A model generated the notes under the pieces. The model saw only the letters and a program-made list of their open reading frames with translations, did not search any database and had not been told where the DNA came from. The position numbers and the translations under genes are program-made. A stretch of DNA of 64,000 bases, from the NCBI GenBank assembly GCA_964234715.1, contig OZ174275.1. One strand, given 5' to 3'. Shown here piece by piece: positions 1 to 13,469 of the stretch (position 1 is the first letter of the stretch; every line of letters begins with the position of its first letter). Source of the stretch: Podarcis melisellensis. Lineage: Eukaryota.

Positions 1-2050
1 AACAGGTAAGGACATAATAACTCAATATACTCAAGCAGAAATTCTGCTTTGGTGGTTAGGTAATAATGAATTCATATGAAAAATAAGAACTTGGAAAAAG
101 AGAAGAGGCGAGGTAAAATGTAGTAGCAGGAGAAGCTACAATATACATATATTAAAATGCTTATCTTTTTCACTTTTGTGTCTTAAAAGGGGTATACCAT
201 TAACCATCATTTTTATAACCACAGGTCAATATCTGGAATCTAAAGACTACACTTCAACATCCACTAACAGACCAGAATTACTAGTTTAAATTACATAAAG
301 TAAAACCCAAATATATTGCATAAATAAATACACGTGAAAAAGGAGCTAGGTGGTTTGAAAATATCTCATTCATTGTTAAGAGAATTACTAAACAAATCAG
401 TTTAAATACAACTTCGACTAATTTCTTTTGAAACATCACTTCAGTCAGATCTAGTCAAGCTTACCATCTGCTGAGTACACAAAAGCAGCTCTATTCTAGA
501 ATCATACAGCTTCCTTTGCAAAGTTTGCACGCAAGCTGTTCTTGTCAAAATTAAACCCATGTGATTATTCATCTTAATATTCAATCAGGCGTTAAGTAAA
601 GAGTGACAAAAGTCCACATATGGGTGACAAGCTGCTTCTGTAGTAAATATTCTCCTTTTTATTGAACAGAGTCTTATGATATTGTAAGATGTTCTCCACC
701 AGCCGCTACAGACTTCACTATCTACAGGCTAATATAAAACAAGGTTGAAGTAGCCACTTCAAAACTCAGGCATCTACACCATTTACATTATTATGCCATG
801 TGTCTATTGCTGCAGCTGATAATGAATGAACTTGTTGATATGATGGGTGAAATGACAAAACATGGTTCCTAATATTTTACATTCATTCTTCAAAAGTTTG
901 CAAATGTGTTGCTATAACACAGATATACATTCTTGACTGCTGAGTCTTTAAAAGCACATATACAAAATATTTTAACTGGTGCTCCAAAGCACATTGAGAA
1001 GGGTACCTTACTATTGTATATGCACACACTAAGTTCCAATGTTCTCATTTAAAAGAAAAAGTTGACAGTGACATCTCTCTTACTTATCTATATTCCATAA
1101 AAATTACATTGGAATTTTAAGCAATGGACTTTTTGAGACAGTGACAACAAAGTTATTTTTCAATTTCCTCTGTGATTTGGAAATGACAGGGAAACGTAGG
1201 AACTAAATTGTTCTGCAAAAAATTGTTGCAACTGAAGCAAGTTATGGAGGCATACCATAGAAACATGCTGTATCAGCTATCTTATGTTCAGAAAGGTTTT
1301 GAGCTGTGAGTAGCAATGAGAAACAAACTTCTGCTAACCTGTGAACGCTATCATTTGTATTCAACAATTGTCCATGGAGTTCAATCGTTCATTCTCTTAG
1401 ATACAGAAACCAACCAGAAACTGTAGGAAATACATTTGTTCTCCTTCCAGTTGTACCTTCCCCCCTCTCACACACAACAAAGACTTCTGGGTGCCCATGA
1501 GAACTATGGTGCAGGTTGCAGCAGCAGCAACAATATCTTGCCTGGGATGCAAGGAGCTACTCTAGACACACCTGAGCACATTCCAGTGGGATATTTTAAA
1601 AAAATGATTTTATTTGAGCAGAAGGCTGTCTCCCTTCAATATTACAAACTTCTTTTGAAAGGATTTCAAAAATGGCTTGTGGTGTGATATAAGAGGTCAG
1701 GTGGTTGTTTAATATAAGACTGTAATTACTTTGGGTATTTCAAGCTACTAGGTTCACTTCCGAATATTCTTCCTCATCTTCTTCTTATTCTATGTGCAAG
1801 GGCAAACAACAAAACATATAATTCAAAGCAAGGCTACTCAAATGTTGTGTTCTAACTTCAGATAACCAGCAGGCTTTCCAAGTGAGAAAAGATTAAAGAT
1901 TGAGGTGCTATCATTCACCGATCATTCAAAATGGAGACTAATGAGAATACACACAGGGGGAAAATCCATTGGAAGCTTTGATTTTCTTTATACCTAGCAT
2001 GCCTATACACATCTTACAACAAACAAATATTATTTCATTGAAAGACTCAC

Positions 2051-2213
2051 CCCAAACTTGGATCCACAGCAACTGCTCTGGGGTTGTGGAGGTCAAGATC
2101 GATCAGAATAACACATACAGTTCCATTGTAGTTGCATACAAAGATTGTGTCACTCATACGATCCACAAAATAAAAATTCCCAGTAAGCCAGTCGACTGCC
2201 ATTTGTTGTATAT
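2051..2213 (-). CDS. LRP1B: LRP1B-type coding exon (human exon 7 equivalent), LDLR class B (YWTD) repeat
   Basis: ctggcag|ATATACAA...TTTGGG|gtgagt; 163 bp, phase 1-2. Reads (N)[53 protein letters not shown](G), in frame with the preceding exon. This frame is not in the ORF track. Confidence 0.95.
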
Positions 2214-2350
2214 CTGCCAGAGTGAAAAGATTGTTAAATTAATTATGTTAATCCAACTTCTGTAACTCCAGATATTACTCCAAAGGAGATATTCTATACA
2301 TTTGAAAGAAGTTCAAGTTGTTAATGAATTCTTTGAAGACAAGGGATAAG

Positions 2351-2496
2351 CAGTGCCTTTTTTTCTGGGGGGGACGCTGGGGGACGCATGCCCCTAAACA
2401 TTTTGTGAATCTAAGTTTGGCCACATTGAGGGGCAGTATTTCAATATGAGTAGGAAAATGAGAGTACCCCTAAACATATTTTATGGAAAAAAGCAG
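2351..2496. mobile_element. Short non-autonomous hAT-like MITE (degenerate right end)
   Basis: Starts CAGTGCCTTTTTTTC and ends GGAAAAAAGCAG, an imperfect inverse. Internal duplicated CCCCTAAACAT motif. No clean TSD. Confidence 0.5.
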
Positions 2497-3995
2497 ACTA
2501 TAAGTACAGTAAATTCTACCTAAAGTAAAATTTAGTTACAGAATACAAAAAGCAGAGGGAATGTTATAGTTGCCATTTTTTACTTCTGTTGTGAACGGAC
2601 AAAATTTCAGGTGCAAATGACATACTGTAATGATCACAACTGCAAACCCCATAATATTTCACTGTGAGTGCATCACAGAAGGAGTAATTATGACTTTTTC
2701 ACAGAAACCACAGATTTCCATCATGTGAGGAAGATGTTGGTTTGTAACTAATCAAAGAAACAGGATATGAAATAAGCTACGAGAATCGCAAAAAGCTTCA
2801 GAAATGTATTGCAATCCTGTCAGTCTAGCAGAACCACCCTACCACAAAAGCTCCCCAACCCTATTTCCTTCAGAACAATGAAGGAGGTCCATATTTTCCT
2901 CATCACTTTTGCCTGCACTTGGCTTACCTCAACCTTTTATAACCCTGTACATAAACACATTACAGCTGTAGATACAGGAAAAATTCTGTAAAGGGGAAAG
3001 GTAACTATACCTTCCTTACATGGGTCCCCAACAGTCTGTCCTAAATCCATGGGCAGTGTTGGAATATATTTCCATATACTGTATATCCAAAATATGAAAA
3101 GGAACAGACATGGATCACAGTCCACCCTTGAATGGACAGAGTTTGAGACTGGCATAGGGCTCAATGGAGCCTCCCTCTTTTCTTGCCTCTGATCTGCCTG
3201 TTGTGGCTATACAACAGATGGATTATATGATATAATTTCAGTGAGATAAAATGAATATACTTAGATGAAAGTATGTGCCTATCTTTGAGTTACAATAGTA
3301 AGCATGATTGCAGATGTGAGGATGTATTCAGAATGTTTCATTTCCAATTTGATTGATCACAGCTTGCTACGTTGTCAAAAACTGAGCAACTGGTTAATCT
3401 TAGCTATGATTTGTTTGGAGCAAGCCAAATTCAAAACATGGGCTACAAAGCTGGCTTAATTAAATAAACCTTAGTTAAGATTTGGACAAAATGCGGATCT
3501 GTGGATACTGAAAAAAATGAAAGCAGAAGCTTCTGATCTTCTTCTCAAGGCCACGCTGAAGAAGGTGCACCAGGCCAAGGCTCACATAGGTTCCTATCAA
3601 AAATAAATAATATTTTATCATGTTTCCTGAAAGCAGCTGTTATGTAACAGGTAATTTATACAAAAGGTAAATTTATAGCCATTGGAGCTTACAATAAGGA
3701 GAGGTGATTGAAATACAGAAAATTAAAAAATGTGGCGTAACACTTCAGTTGTCTAAAAATTTATTTGTAAAATTGTTTCTATGATAGCTTTTAAGTACAG
3801 ATAGGGTAAGCCTACAGAATCAGCAGCTTGCTGCAATCAGGCCTTTGAAACGTCTCTATTAGGGCTGCTTACGTTTAAGGAAAGGGCTGGTGCTGTGCTG
3901 TTTTTAGTGTAACAAACTGTATGTAAACTGTAATATTAAAAATAATGATATAAATTATTACTGCGCAATTTACTACACAAAGCAAAAACAAGTAC

Positions 3996-4110
3996 TGGGT
4001 GGTATTCAGCTATTTTTTTACATATAAAAGATCCACAGAAATTAATGGCCATAACTTAGATATGTTCATTCCTTTTCATGAATCTTAGTAAAACTGATTA
4101 GAACACATCA
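3996..4110. repeat. Degenerate copy of the palindromic element at 48272-48397
   Basis: Shares GGGTGGTATTCA...GAAATTAATG...AGTAAAACT...GAACAC layout with the 48.3 kb copy. Confidence 0.45.
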
Positions 4111-5083
4111 ATTGAATTTAATATGGTAAAATATCGACGCCTTCCTTTGCTTGTAAACAGAGGCACTTGTGAGGTGTTTTTAAGAGGAAAGGCCCATAGT
4201 GCTGTCTTGCTCCGTTCTGTTCTGTTTTATAGACAATGTTTTTACTCCTGTCTTCCCATACACCATTCTTCTGACACCCCTTACACATTGCCCTCTCCTG
4301 TCTTTTTTGCCCCCTCCCTCTTTCTGCCTTGCCACCAGGCATGACAACCCTTAATCTTTCTATCCTATTCTTCTTCTCCCTCCTTGCTGTCCTTCCTGAG
4401 GCTGACCAAATCCCCTTTGTTGCTCACCCTCTTTTCCATCCACCTCCTTCTCCTCCTTCCCTTGGTCTGGTTTCCTTGCCTGTATTTCTTTCCATTGGCC
4501 CAGGATGCTACTCGCTGCTGGTATCCATGCACCCTGCCCTCTTACTTCTTGCAGGATGCTTTCAGCATCCTTTTCATCTGCCACTCCCGCCTCCTATTCC
4601 TCAGCTGTCTCTCAGCTCAGTTGTTGAGTGACAGTGTCTGCCGGAATCCCTCTACCATAGCCTATCACCTACAAATAATAGTAGCTGATCAACTGACCAC
4701 CATTCCAATGCTGCTTAAGGGGAAAACACTGGAAAACTTTCCTTCCATTACAGCTGTCATAATGTACTCTTCACGGCTGTCACTTCTATTTATAGCCTTT
4801 CTCTTCCTGCTCCTTCTTTCCCCTTTTAATACAGAGGTGTGTGGGGTTTTTTACCTCCTCATTGTTGCCACTGTTTTTAGAAATGTGCAGCTTTACTATG
4901 ACAGCACAGATTAAAATATTACCTGCTTCAGTCTCTTTGTCTGACAGTAGCCATTGCCACATAGTTTAAAAGAAGGTTGAAATTTGTAATTCATTGTTTG
5001 TCTTTCTTCTGTCCTGTATTGCCAAACTCAACAACAGATTTTAAAAATTGCAAAAAATGTTGCTTAGGAAAGATGTGGCATTT

Positions 5084-5138
5084 CATGCATGCTTGCATGC
5101 ATGCATGCATGCACACACACACACACACACACACATAT
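5084..5138. repeat. Compound microsatellite (GCAT)n(CA)12
   Basis: Read directly from the sequence. Confidence 0.9.
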
Positions 5139-5204
5139 AGTGGTGAGATAAACAGCCAGCTTCTCTCCCCCCCCCCCTTTGCCACAGGTTTGAATTGAGA
5201 AAGG

Positions 5205-5368
5205 GTAGGGCATCTGCTTTGCTTGCAGAAGGTCCCAGTTTCCATCACCAGCATCTTCAAGAAGGGCTGGGGGACATCTGGAGAGCAGCTGCCAATCAAT
5301 ATGGACAATACTAAGCTAGATGGATCATTGGTCTGATTCTGTATGAGGCAGCTTCCTGTGATTCTAAG
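5205..5368 (+). mobile_element. Old tRNA-derived SINE (Squam2-like)
   Basis: Degenerate tRNA-like head (gtagggcatctgctttgcttgcagaaggtcccagtttc) and tail ctagatggatcattggtctgattctgtatgaggcagcttcct. Reverse-oriented relative at 46054-46197. Confidence 0.55.
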
Positions 5369-7400
5369 AAAGGTTGAGCTTTTTCTACAGGTTTAATATT
5401 ATATTATCTTTCCAAAGGCTAGTGCACATTTATCGCTGATGGCTAGTTTATTATGATAACAGAAGATTACAACAGGGGGTTGTCAAATCAATTCCACACA
5501 CTTTGATATCAGTGTTGGATCTTCAATACAGCCAGCCTGCAACTTAACTTGTGCACCTTCAGCTTTACACACTTGACTCCCCCCCAAAAAAATTAAAAGA
5601 CTTTGTGTCTTGTGCCTGTCTTGCTGTGTTTGTGTTCAGCATCCCACCAGTGAATTATAAATGACACGCTGCTTTCAAGTTTGGAAAGTTGTAATGAATT
5701 ACCAAAGTTTGCCTCTGCCTAAAAAGCACATTCCACACTTTTATATGCACATCCTGAAAAACCTACTTAACTTGCAAATGTATTTTTAATGAATAAGGCT
5801 TTTAATCTCTGCAGTGTTTCCCTCTCACTAAAGAAATAAATGACATTAAATGTCTTCTTTTTAAGGTCCATAGTTGTCAGCAAGTAGGTTTCAATATACC
5901 TAGTGTAACAAAGCTTTGGGGACACTCCTTTTGTTAAACAAAAAACAAAAAACCACCAACACTTTTCTTGCCTCCTCGCCAACTATTTAAATGTCTCTAA
6001 CAACCAACCAATTAGAATTCCACATTGCATTTTAGACCTATGTGGTAACGCTAGAGCCAAATTATGTACATACTAATTAACTTGTAATCTTAAATTTTTA
6101 TTAACAGTGTTTTAACAGTGCTTTTAGTGCCTCTGGATGAATCACAAAATTGTGTTCTCTGTTCATGTAAATGGTACCCACTAAAAGATCAAGTAAGAAA
6201 CATATTCAGCCATGTCCAATTTTAATACACCTTTTGCATGTTCGGAGCTGGAATTTAGCTTGGAATCACAAACGTACAGATAAAATAACCAGCAAGTGAT
6301 AGTCTAAAACATCTGACTGTCCATTTCTTCCACTGTTAAAAGCTGCATATTATTAGTTTTCTTCTGCTTAATTTCACAGCCCTCACCCTCAAGTGTAATG
6401 GGTGTTAATAAAGGGTGTCCTTTATTAATTTGTTAGATGTAACAAGGTAATGTTACACTGACCTTCCTAGAGAGAAATAGCAGGATGTCAAATATTTGAA
6501 ATAAACTCAGTATACTGAAGGGAAAAAATTATCAGTATTTAATCTATTTATCAAGGCAATTTAATTTACTTAAAAATATATTTCTTAATAAATTTCTTAC
6601 TAAATCTGTCATTTTCAGGCCATGAATATTGACTTGACACTGCAGGCTTTTAAGAATTGCCTTCACACTCTTGGCAGTGAATTTGTCCCACCCTCTCTTA
6701 GAGGAAAGATACTTAGGTTAGTGTCTTCCTTTGGGAGGAGGGCAGGTACTATTTAAGGCTGATCCAACCCCTCTTTCCACTCTGGTCATCATTGCAGAAG
6801 GCTGCAGTCGTTAGGTGGATGAATGGGAGACATGTAACTCTCCCTCTCCGATATCCCTTTGAATACACAGGTGGGGGAGGACTAGTAGGGAGCCTGCAGG
6901 ACAAAGTTTGATAGGAGAAAAAGTGGGACACCATCTGGTGCAAAGGCAGGATACAAATTTAGCAACCAAGCAAGTGAATAATATCCTTTTCCCCTGGCAT
7001 GGTTACTCCACTCAAAATCGGAGCATTTCCCCATGCATCCCTGGTTTCCGACACTGAAGAGGTGCCCTACTGGGCAACTACATCTCACTAGCTGCCCTGT
7101 GTGCTACATGGGTTCTACAAGGGTGGTATAAAATAAACAACACAACACAAAAATGCTCCTATAGTAAAAGGCATATAGAGACTCTATATGTGTGAGGAAG
7201 AAACTACAACTGAGGGGGTAAGGATGGAGGAAGTGATGGCTGAGGGGGGGCTGGTAAACCTACTTGTGCCTTTCCCCTATGTCCCAATCTGTTGCAACAG
7301 TGGATGTGCACACACCTGTCTATGGACTGTTGCTAATAAAGTACCAGGCAAGAAGAGGGAGACGGAAGGAATTATCACTTTTCAACTACCCACCTCCTAT

Positions 7401-7778
7401 CAGTGGCAGAGCATATGCCTGCGCTGCCCAGGGTGGGCGCGCTCCTGAGGGAGACGTGATGCAGAGGGTGCCTCCCAGGTATGGGATAACCATTCGGGTG
7501 CCCAGAGCAGCGTGCATGCCCTGCAGCCAGAGGTGGAATGAGCTGCCCATGGTGGACATTCGGTGCACTGCCCGCCAGCGACTCCCAAGCCTCCCCCAGG
7601 CTGTCAAAACGAAGGCGGAAAGGGGGGAATGCCACCGGCAAAGCAGCACAGCTCCCCCCTTACCCCGACGGCTTGGGGTAGGCTTGGAAGTCACGGGCAG
7701 GTGGCGTGCCAAATGTCACCCCCATCAGTGAGGGAACCCAGGGCGGCCCACCCCAACCCCACCCCTTCCTACGCCCCG
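7401..7778. mobile_element. GC-rich non-autonomous hAT (Tip100-like) element with 8-bp TSD
   Basis: Ends CAGTGGCAGAGC / CTACGCCCCG. Flanks CCTCCTAT (7393-7400) and CCTCCTGT (7779-7786). Internal inverted repeat ctgcccg..gactcccaagcctcccccaggctgtc / gacggcttggggtaggcttggaagtcacgggcag. Confidence 0.7.
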
Positions 7779-9066
7779 CCTCCTGTTCTCCGGACACCTC
7801 ATTTCCCAAGTTCTACTATTCATGAGGCAGCAAGCAGTTAAGCCTTCTCTGGACCACACTGTATTGTTTGCGGCCTGACATGTTGCAGGATGCCTTGCAT
7901 AGCAAAACCCTCCGTATCACCTGGTAACATCAGCACAGCATCCTTAGTAATTAAATATTTTGAACTGACAACCAACTATAACTACCAGATGGTGTTCGAA
8001 AACATTGCCCCTAATGTACATTCCTCCCTATAGCATTGTATCACTGTATTTCAATTTATTTTCACCCGTGTACAGAGTAGCACACTTGCTAGCCATAAAC
8101 ACATGCCTGGATTATGCCCTTAACATGCTAAAGGATTTTGACACCACTTTGTTAGTATAGTAACAATTCTTTACTAGCAGGTAATCCCCTGTATATATTT
8201 TAAGCATCACAGAATATTCAGCTTCCAGAGCATTGATCTAGTTAGCATACTTTACTCCTTGCACCAACTGTCTTAGGTGCCAAGGGCAAAAAAATCCATT
8301 TTAAAAATGTCCAGAAGAGCAATCTAAATGGCAATTATCAAGGGAAATACAGTTTGTTTTGTTTGTAACATGTGAAGATGCTTGGTTTTCACAGATCTTA
8401 TCCCAATTCAAGAAGTTTCATATCAGTCCTTGTGAAATTGCTCTATAGTGGAATAAGAGCTGTGAATTTTATTTTCTCTTTCCTGTTAGGGTTGTTGATT
8501 TCTGGTTCAACAAAAGCCAAAGACTAGCACCCTCAACATGGAACTGAAAATAACATTCACAACCCTGCTGTCAATTGAGATAGATTTCATTCTGCCTGGT
8601 ATATTGTGATGTACAAAGAGCAACAGAGGGTTCTATAACAATATTCTCATGTAAAAAATAAGATGCATATCATCAGGTGATTGGAGAATTGTTCAGAACT
8701 GTAGGTATAAAAGTAAAGTTTATGCCAGTGGCAAAGTAAATTTTGTTCTCAATAAATAAGTATAAATGTTTTCATACAAGATGGTTTCTCTCTAGTATCA
8801 CAGACCGGGAAAGTGGGTTCTGTATACTCATCACTACGAATACTTTGCTTTTGAAATAATTTTTTGGCTACTAACAAAGGAAAAGTGGGTTATCATTTCT
8901 TACTGAAATAGCATCAAAAAAGGGGGTAGTCCTCAGGTCTGGGCTTTTCAGAGGTATCTGGTTAGCAACTGTGGGAAGCAGGATGCTAAACTAGATGCTA
9001 TCCTTCAGAAGACTGTCAAATTATTTTTCAAGCTAGAACACAATGACCCTGCTGGATCAGACCAAA

Positions 9067-9291
9067 GGTTCCTAAACATTAGGAAGAACTTCCTGACAGT
9101 AAGAGCTGTTTGACAGTGGAATTTGCTGCCAAGGAGTGTGGTGGAGTCTCCTTCTTTGGAGGTCTTTAAGCAGAGGCTTGACAACCATATGTCAGGAGTG
9201 CTCTGATGGTGTTTCCTGCTTGGCAGGGGGTTGGACTCGATGGCCCTTGTGGCCTCTTCCAACTCTATGATTCTATGATTCTGTGATTCTA
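9067..9291 (+). mobile_element. CR1 LINE 3' end
   Basis: ORF2 C-terminus LNIRKNFLTVRAV*QWNLLPRSVVESPSLEVFKQRLDNHMSGVL*, then a CR1-type 3' end with an (ATTCTATG)n tail. Confidence 0.92.
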
Positions 9292-9639
9292 CTACATGCT
9301 GCTATCCTATAGTGGCTATTCACATACCTCTGCAAAGGCCACAAGCAGAATAAGAAGGCAGTTGCTCCACAGAAATAGGAATGCATTGGCATTCAGTGTC
9401 TCTTCCACAGGCTGCCAGCTGGGCAGCAGGAAGGAGCTGCAGGGCAAATAGTCCCACCATGACATGTGCTAATTCAGTGGGCATCACCTGCAACTTGAGA
9501 GTGTGGCTGCCAGCCTCAGCTCCTTGAGTTTGATCTGAAGCCTTACGTGACGTCCCCTTATTAGACTATGGAGTCTGCCCAGTGCACCTCCTGCCAACAT
9601 ATAAAGTTTGTGACAAAATCAACTCACAAACCAGAAAAA

Positions 9640-10122
9640 CTGGGGCCTTTTCAGTGGCTCCCTATTTGTGAAATGCTCTCCCCAAGGAGGCTCACCTGGC
9701 ACCTTTGTTACCCATCTTTAGGCGCCAGGCAAAAAGTGTGGCCTGCCCCTTTAAGCACTTGTGGAGCAGACCAGAGTGAAGACTCCTGCTGTGCGGTCCA
9801 TTCCATTGCCCCACCCCACCCGAAGCTGCCATGGATTGGCCAAAATCTGAACTGGGAGCCAATGGCCGGAGTAAAGATGACGTGGTTTTGAGGGGATGAG
9901 GGAAGCACTGCACCGGGTCACAACCACCACCCACCCTTGTACTGGGTAAGCGGCCATTCTCTTCAACCAGGCGTTTGGCTGATTAACATTCTCAGTCTGT
10001 GGGAGAGCAGTTATTGGTTTGTTTTGCTTCTATTTTGTTGTTCGAATTTTGTGTCTTTATTCTGTATTTTTCTAATACGAACCAACCTGTGATATTCAGA
10101 TGAAGGACGGTATACAAATTTA

Positions 10123-10152
<30 letters not shown>
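9640..10152 (+). mobile_element. L2 LINE 3' end, interrupted at about 9737-9955 by a GC-rich insertion
   Basis: gccttttcagtggctcc...atgctctcccaaggaggctcacctggcacc...tttaggcgccaggcaaaa resumes at ttctcttcaaccaggc and ends gatgaaggacggtatacaaat(AAAT/AAT)n. Confidence 0.6.
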
Positions 10153-10153
<1 letters not shown>

Positions 10154-13100
10154 ATCATACCCTAGCAAAGTTCTTATTCCAGACCAGGACCTCTCCTTCA
10201 ACAACTGGCCAAGGTCTCCAGCAAGGCTGGGAATTGTCTCCAGGCCATAGTGCCTAGCTGTCACCAATCCTGGAGACTGATTGGCTTATTTTCCACTTGC
10301 ACAGCACAAAAAAGCCACCATGAATGAAGCACATGGACCAGTTTGAGAATGAACAGATCCATGGGGAAACCCATTTCTTACTTCCCTCCATTGAAAAATA
10401 TGTCAATCTATTCCAACTCTAATACATCCCGGTAGCCCATTTTTTCAATAGCTTTGGACCTATCTAGATTTGGTCTTGTTTCAACAATGGGATAGAGTTA
10501 TATCACTCTGCTTGCTCCAAATTTGCATCATGTAAGTTTGCAACATGTCCTGATTAATGAAGTATTTTTTTTTCAGACTGCTATAAACAGTTGCCAACAT
10601 ATATTTATCTAACTCACTTTAGGAAATCTAAAAGTTCCAAAATGTCCCTTAGCATGTGCGCGCACACACACACACACACACACATGTATTTATGTATGTG
10701 TCTTACAGAAAGAACATATTTGTTTTATTTACCTAACATTGGGTTAGTACAAAAATATCCATTGTCTCTTATCACTTATCTCAGGGGTGGGGACTTGGAT
10801 CTGACTGGTGGTCCTGCTCCTTATCTTTCCTACCCCTGCAAGCTAACTTCTACTAGACTATCTAACATAGTTTTTTTAGTTAATGTTCCATCTTCTGTTC
10901 TAAAGCAAATTTGTACAATCACCTGGGAAGAAGTCCCATTGAACTCAATGGGATTTAATTTTGTGTAGATATGTATAGCACTGATTTTAAAAAATACTAA
11001 GACAGGCTGCTTGATTTGTTCTTGCTGTAAATTTCTCCATACTGACCACATCTAAAAAGGGAACAAAATATTATAAAATACTCATTTTTCATACTCTGTG
11101 ACCACTACAAATGAAATAATGTCCTTCTTGATTGTTTTTTAAGTGGCTGACTGTTTTTGCTGCCAATTTCAGGCACAATCAAAGAGTAAGAACAGAAAAT
11201 GGTCCCATCTCCCATTTCTGCTTTACTGATTTTTAGTGGTGTTGCCAAATGATTGTAAATTTGCAATAGGGTCTCAGCTGTTTGGCACCTCTGCAGAACA
11301 ATGAAGGCAGATTTATAGAGGTACAGCAGCCGTAACACTCTCTTTCTTTTAACGACACATTCAAAAAGCGTACTATAAATCTTTGCAGACAGTAAATCAA
11401 AACTGGTTATTTACTTCAAAGTAGTTAAGTAATCTGCTGCTAAACTTAAAATTAAAGCATAATTTAGCATCAATTGAGGTGCCATCAACTACCCAGAGTT
11501 TAGTGAACCAAGCTATTATAGGGGATATATGGCATGATTACGCTACCCTACATGCTTTGGCTGTTTCCAATTGTCTCTTTCCAAGGCATCGTGTAAGCTC
11601 CCTCCACGTTCTCATTGGAATTCTAGTTTACACTCCGCTTTTTCTCTATGTCATGAAGTTCAGTGGGGGAAAAAATAGCTTCTGTTCTTCAAAATTAATG
11701 CTGCCATTTTTATGTTATCCCATAAAGATGCTAAGCAGTGGGTAATTAAAATTTTTAAGTTGTATACAATATTTTAATAAAATATGGATTGACTTTCTAG
11801 TAAAAAGTTATTAAGAAAATGACTTGGGGGAAAAGGTAGAATGTTTTAATACTCTGAGTGCAGGTCCTCAAATATGCTTCTCCAGGGATAATATAAAATC
11901 TGTTTATTATAGTCAGCTTCTTAAAAGGGAATTCATATTTCAGGCTTTATTGTGCCAGGCTGGCATTGGGGGCTGGGGGGAGGAATTGCTAAGCAAACAA
12001 CATTGATTCACACTACTTAGAATTGCAATGCATTCTCCTACTTAAATTAGGACTTTTAAAATGCACATAGGCCTTAAAACCACATACTATTAACAGAGAC
12101 AATAAACAAACATTTTTTGTGTTATTAGTAAGGTATGGACAGATTTACAATACACAAGTAAGTGGCAATTGCAATAGTGTTAAAAATGCACTTTTTCTCC
12201 TTTTCCCTAAATTCACCTATGTTCTTCTCAGAAATCAACATTTCCTAGCTGTCATTAAATATTTAGTGCTAGTTTTTAGCTTCTCAAACATGGGTGAAAA
12301 CCCCCAAAATATTAATGTCTATTTTGGAAGCTTTCAATATGAAACATTTTACAAATTGGTACAGCAGTGTTTTATGCTGATGTGGCAATACAGAAAACAG
12401 TGAGCATCAATTAGGCATGCTAAATCAGATAAAAATAAAACTGAGTAAACATTATCAGCAGAAAAGCATCCAATAACGATCATCTTGTTGATCCATCAGG
12501 AATATTTAATAAGCCAATTAAAGCAGCTTATCCAATATTGCACAGTTATTCCTTGGCTACTAAGGAATGAAATGCACTTAATTTTATGCATTCAGTAATA
12601 GCAAAAATAAATAAATGTTGTTATAAGAATTAAACTTAGGTTGATGTGATTCACACCCTCACTTTCAGCTCTCCTTCACATTGAGGGTGGGGGCAAATGT
12701 AGAAGTTTGAGCCAATGCATCTCCTATTAAATTTCCAAGAACCATGGGAGTAGGAGCTATAGGAACAACATTTCCTGGGAACGAACGAAACTCTCAGTTC
12801 TACTCTGGCTGGCACTGGCTACTGTTATTCCCTGCCTCTGCCTATCAGCTGGGCGTGAATCTCATTGCACCTCTTCCCGCTGCTATTTTCAATAATATAT
12901 GCTTTGTATACCTTGTAATGGAAATTATACAGTGTTTCCTTCACAACAGTTGCTTTGAAATTTAGCAAAGAGCTTTGTGGATACTCCCTTGCCTTTCTTA
13001 AGTATACTGCATGTTTAGGACTGTTATTCAAAATAGCAAACATACGAAGTTGCAAATATTTGCAATTAAATAGTTTGAATTGTTCATATATTATTTAATT

Positions 13101-13164
13101 TTATTCCATTTGTATCCCACCTTTCAGACCTATAGATTCTCCTCCACCAAGGCATCTAGTTTGG

Positions 13165-13285
13165 ATTGGAAACCTGGTGTTTTCCAGATGTTTGTGAACT
13201 ACAACTCCCATCAGCCCTAGCCAGCATGGCAAAGGGTCATGTTTACTTCAAAATATCTTGTGGGCACCAGGTTGGGAAAGGGTGG
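13165..13285. mobile_element. Decayed palindromic hAT MITE related to 28533 and 45474
   Basis: ttccagatgtttgtgaactacaactcccatcagccctagccagcatggc core. Confidence 0.6.
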
Positions 13286-13469
13286 TTTAGTTCCAGTTCC
13301 GATCCTGGTTATTGTACATTGTTCCCTATTGAATTTCTCTCCCCCCCCCCCGAACTGCATCTGCACTCATGCAGACTGTATTCCTCTTTGCCAGTCAAAA
13401 CAGATCCCTTCCTCTCACCATGGTAATACCGCATATGTACCATTCTCAACTGAAAAACTTTCGTGTTTT

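Noticed and set aside
1969-2265. Plus-strand 98-aa ORF
   Set aside because: Antisense shadow of LRP1B exon 7.
4118-4914. Overlapping ORFs including a 176-aa Leu-rich, membrane-like one
   Set aside because: Arises from a pyrimidine-rich low-complexity tract, with a non-ATG start and no domain signal.
7188-7841. Six overlapping ORFs suggesting a compact gene
   Set aside because: Explained by a GC-rich, stop-poor MITE with a TSD.
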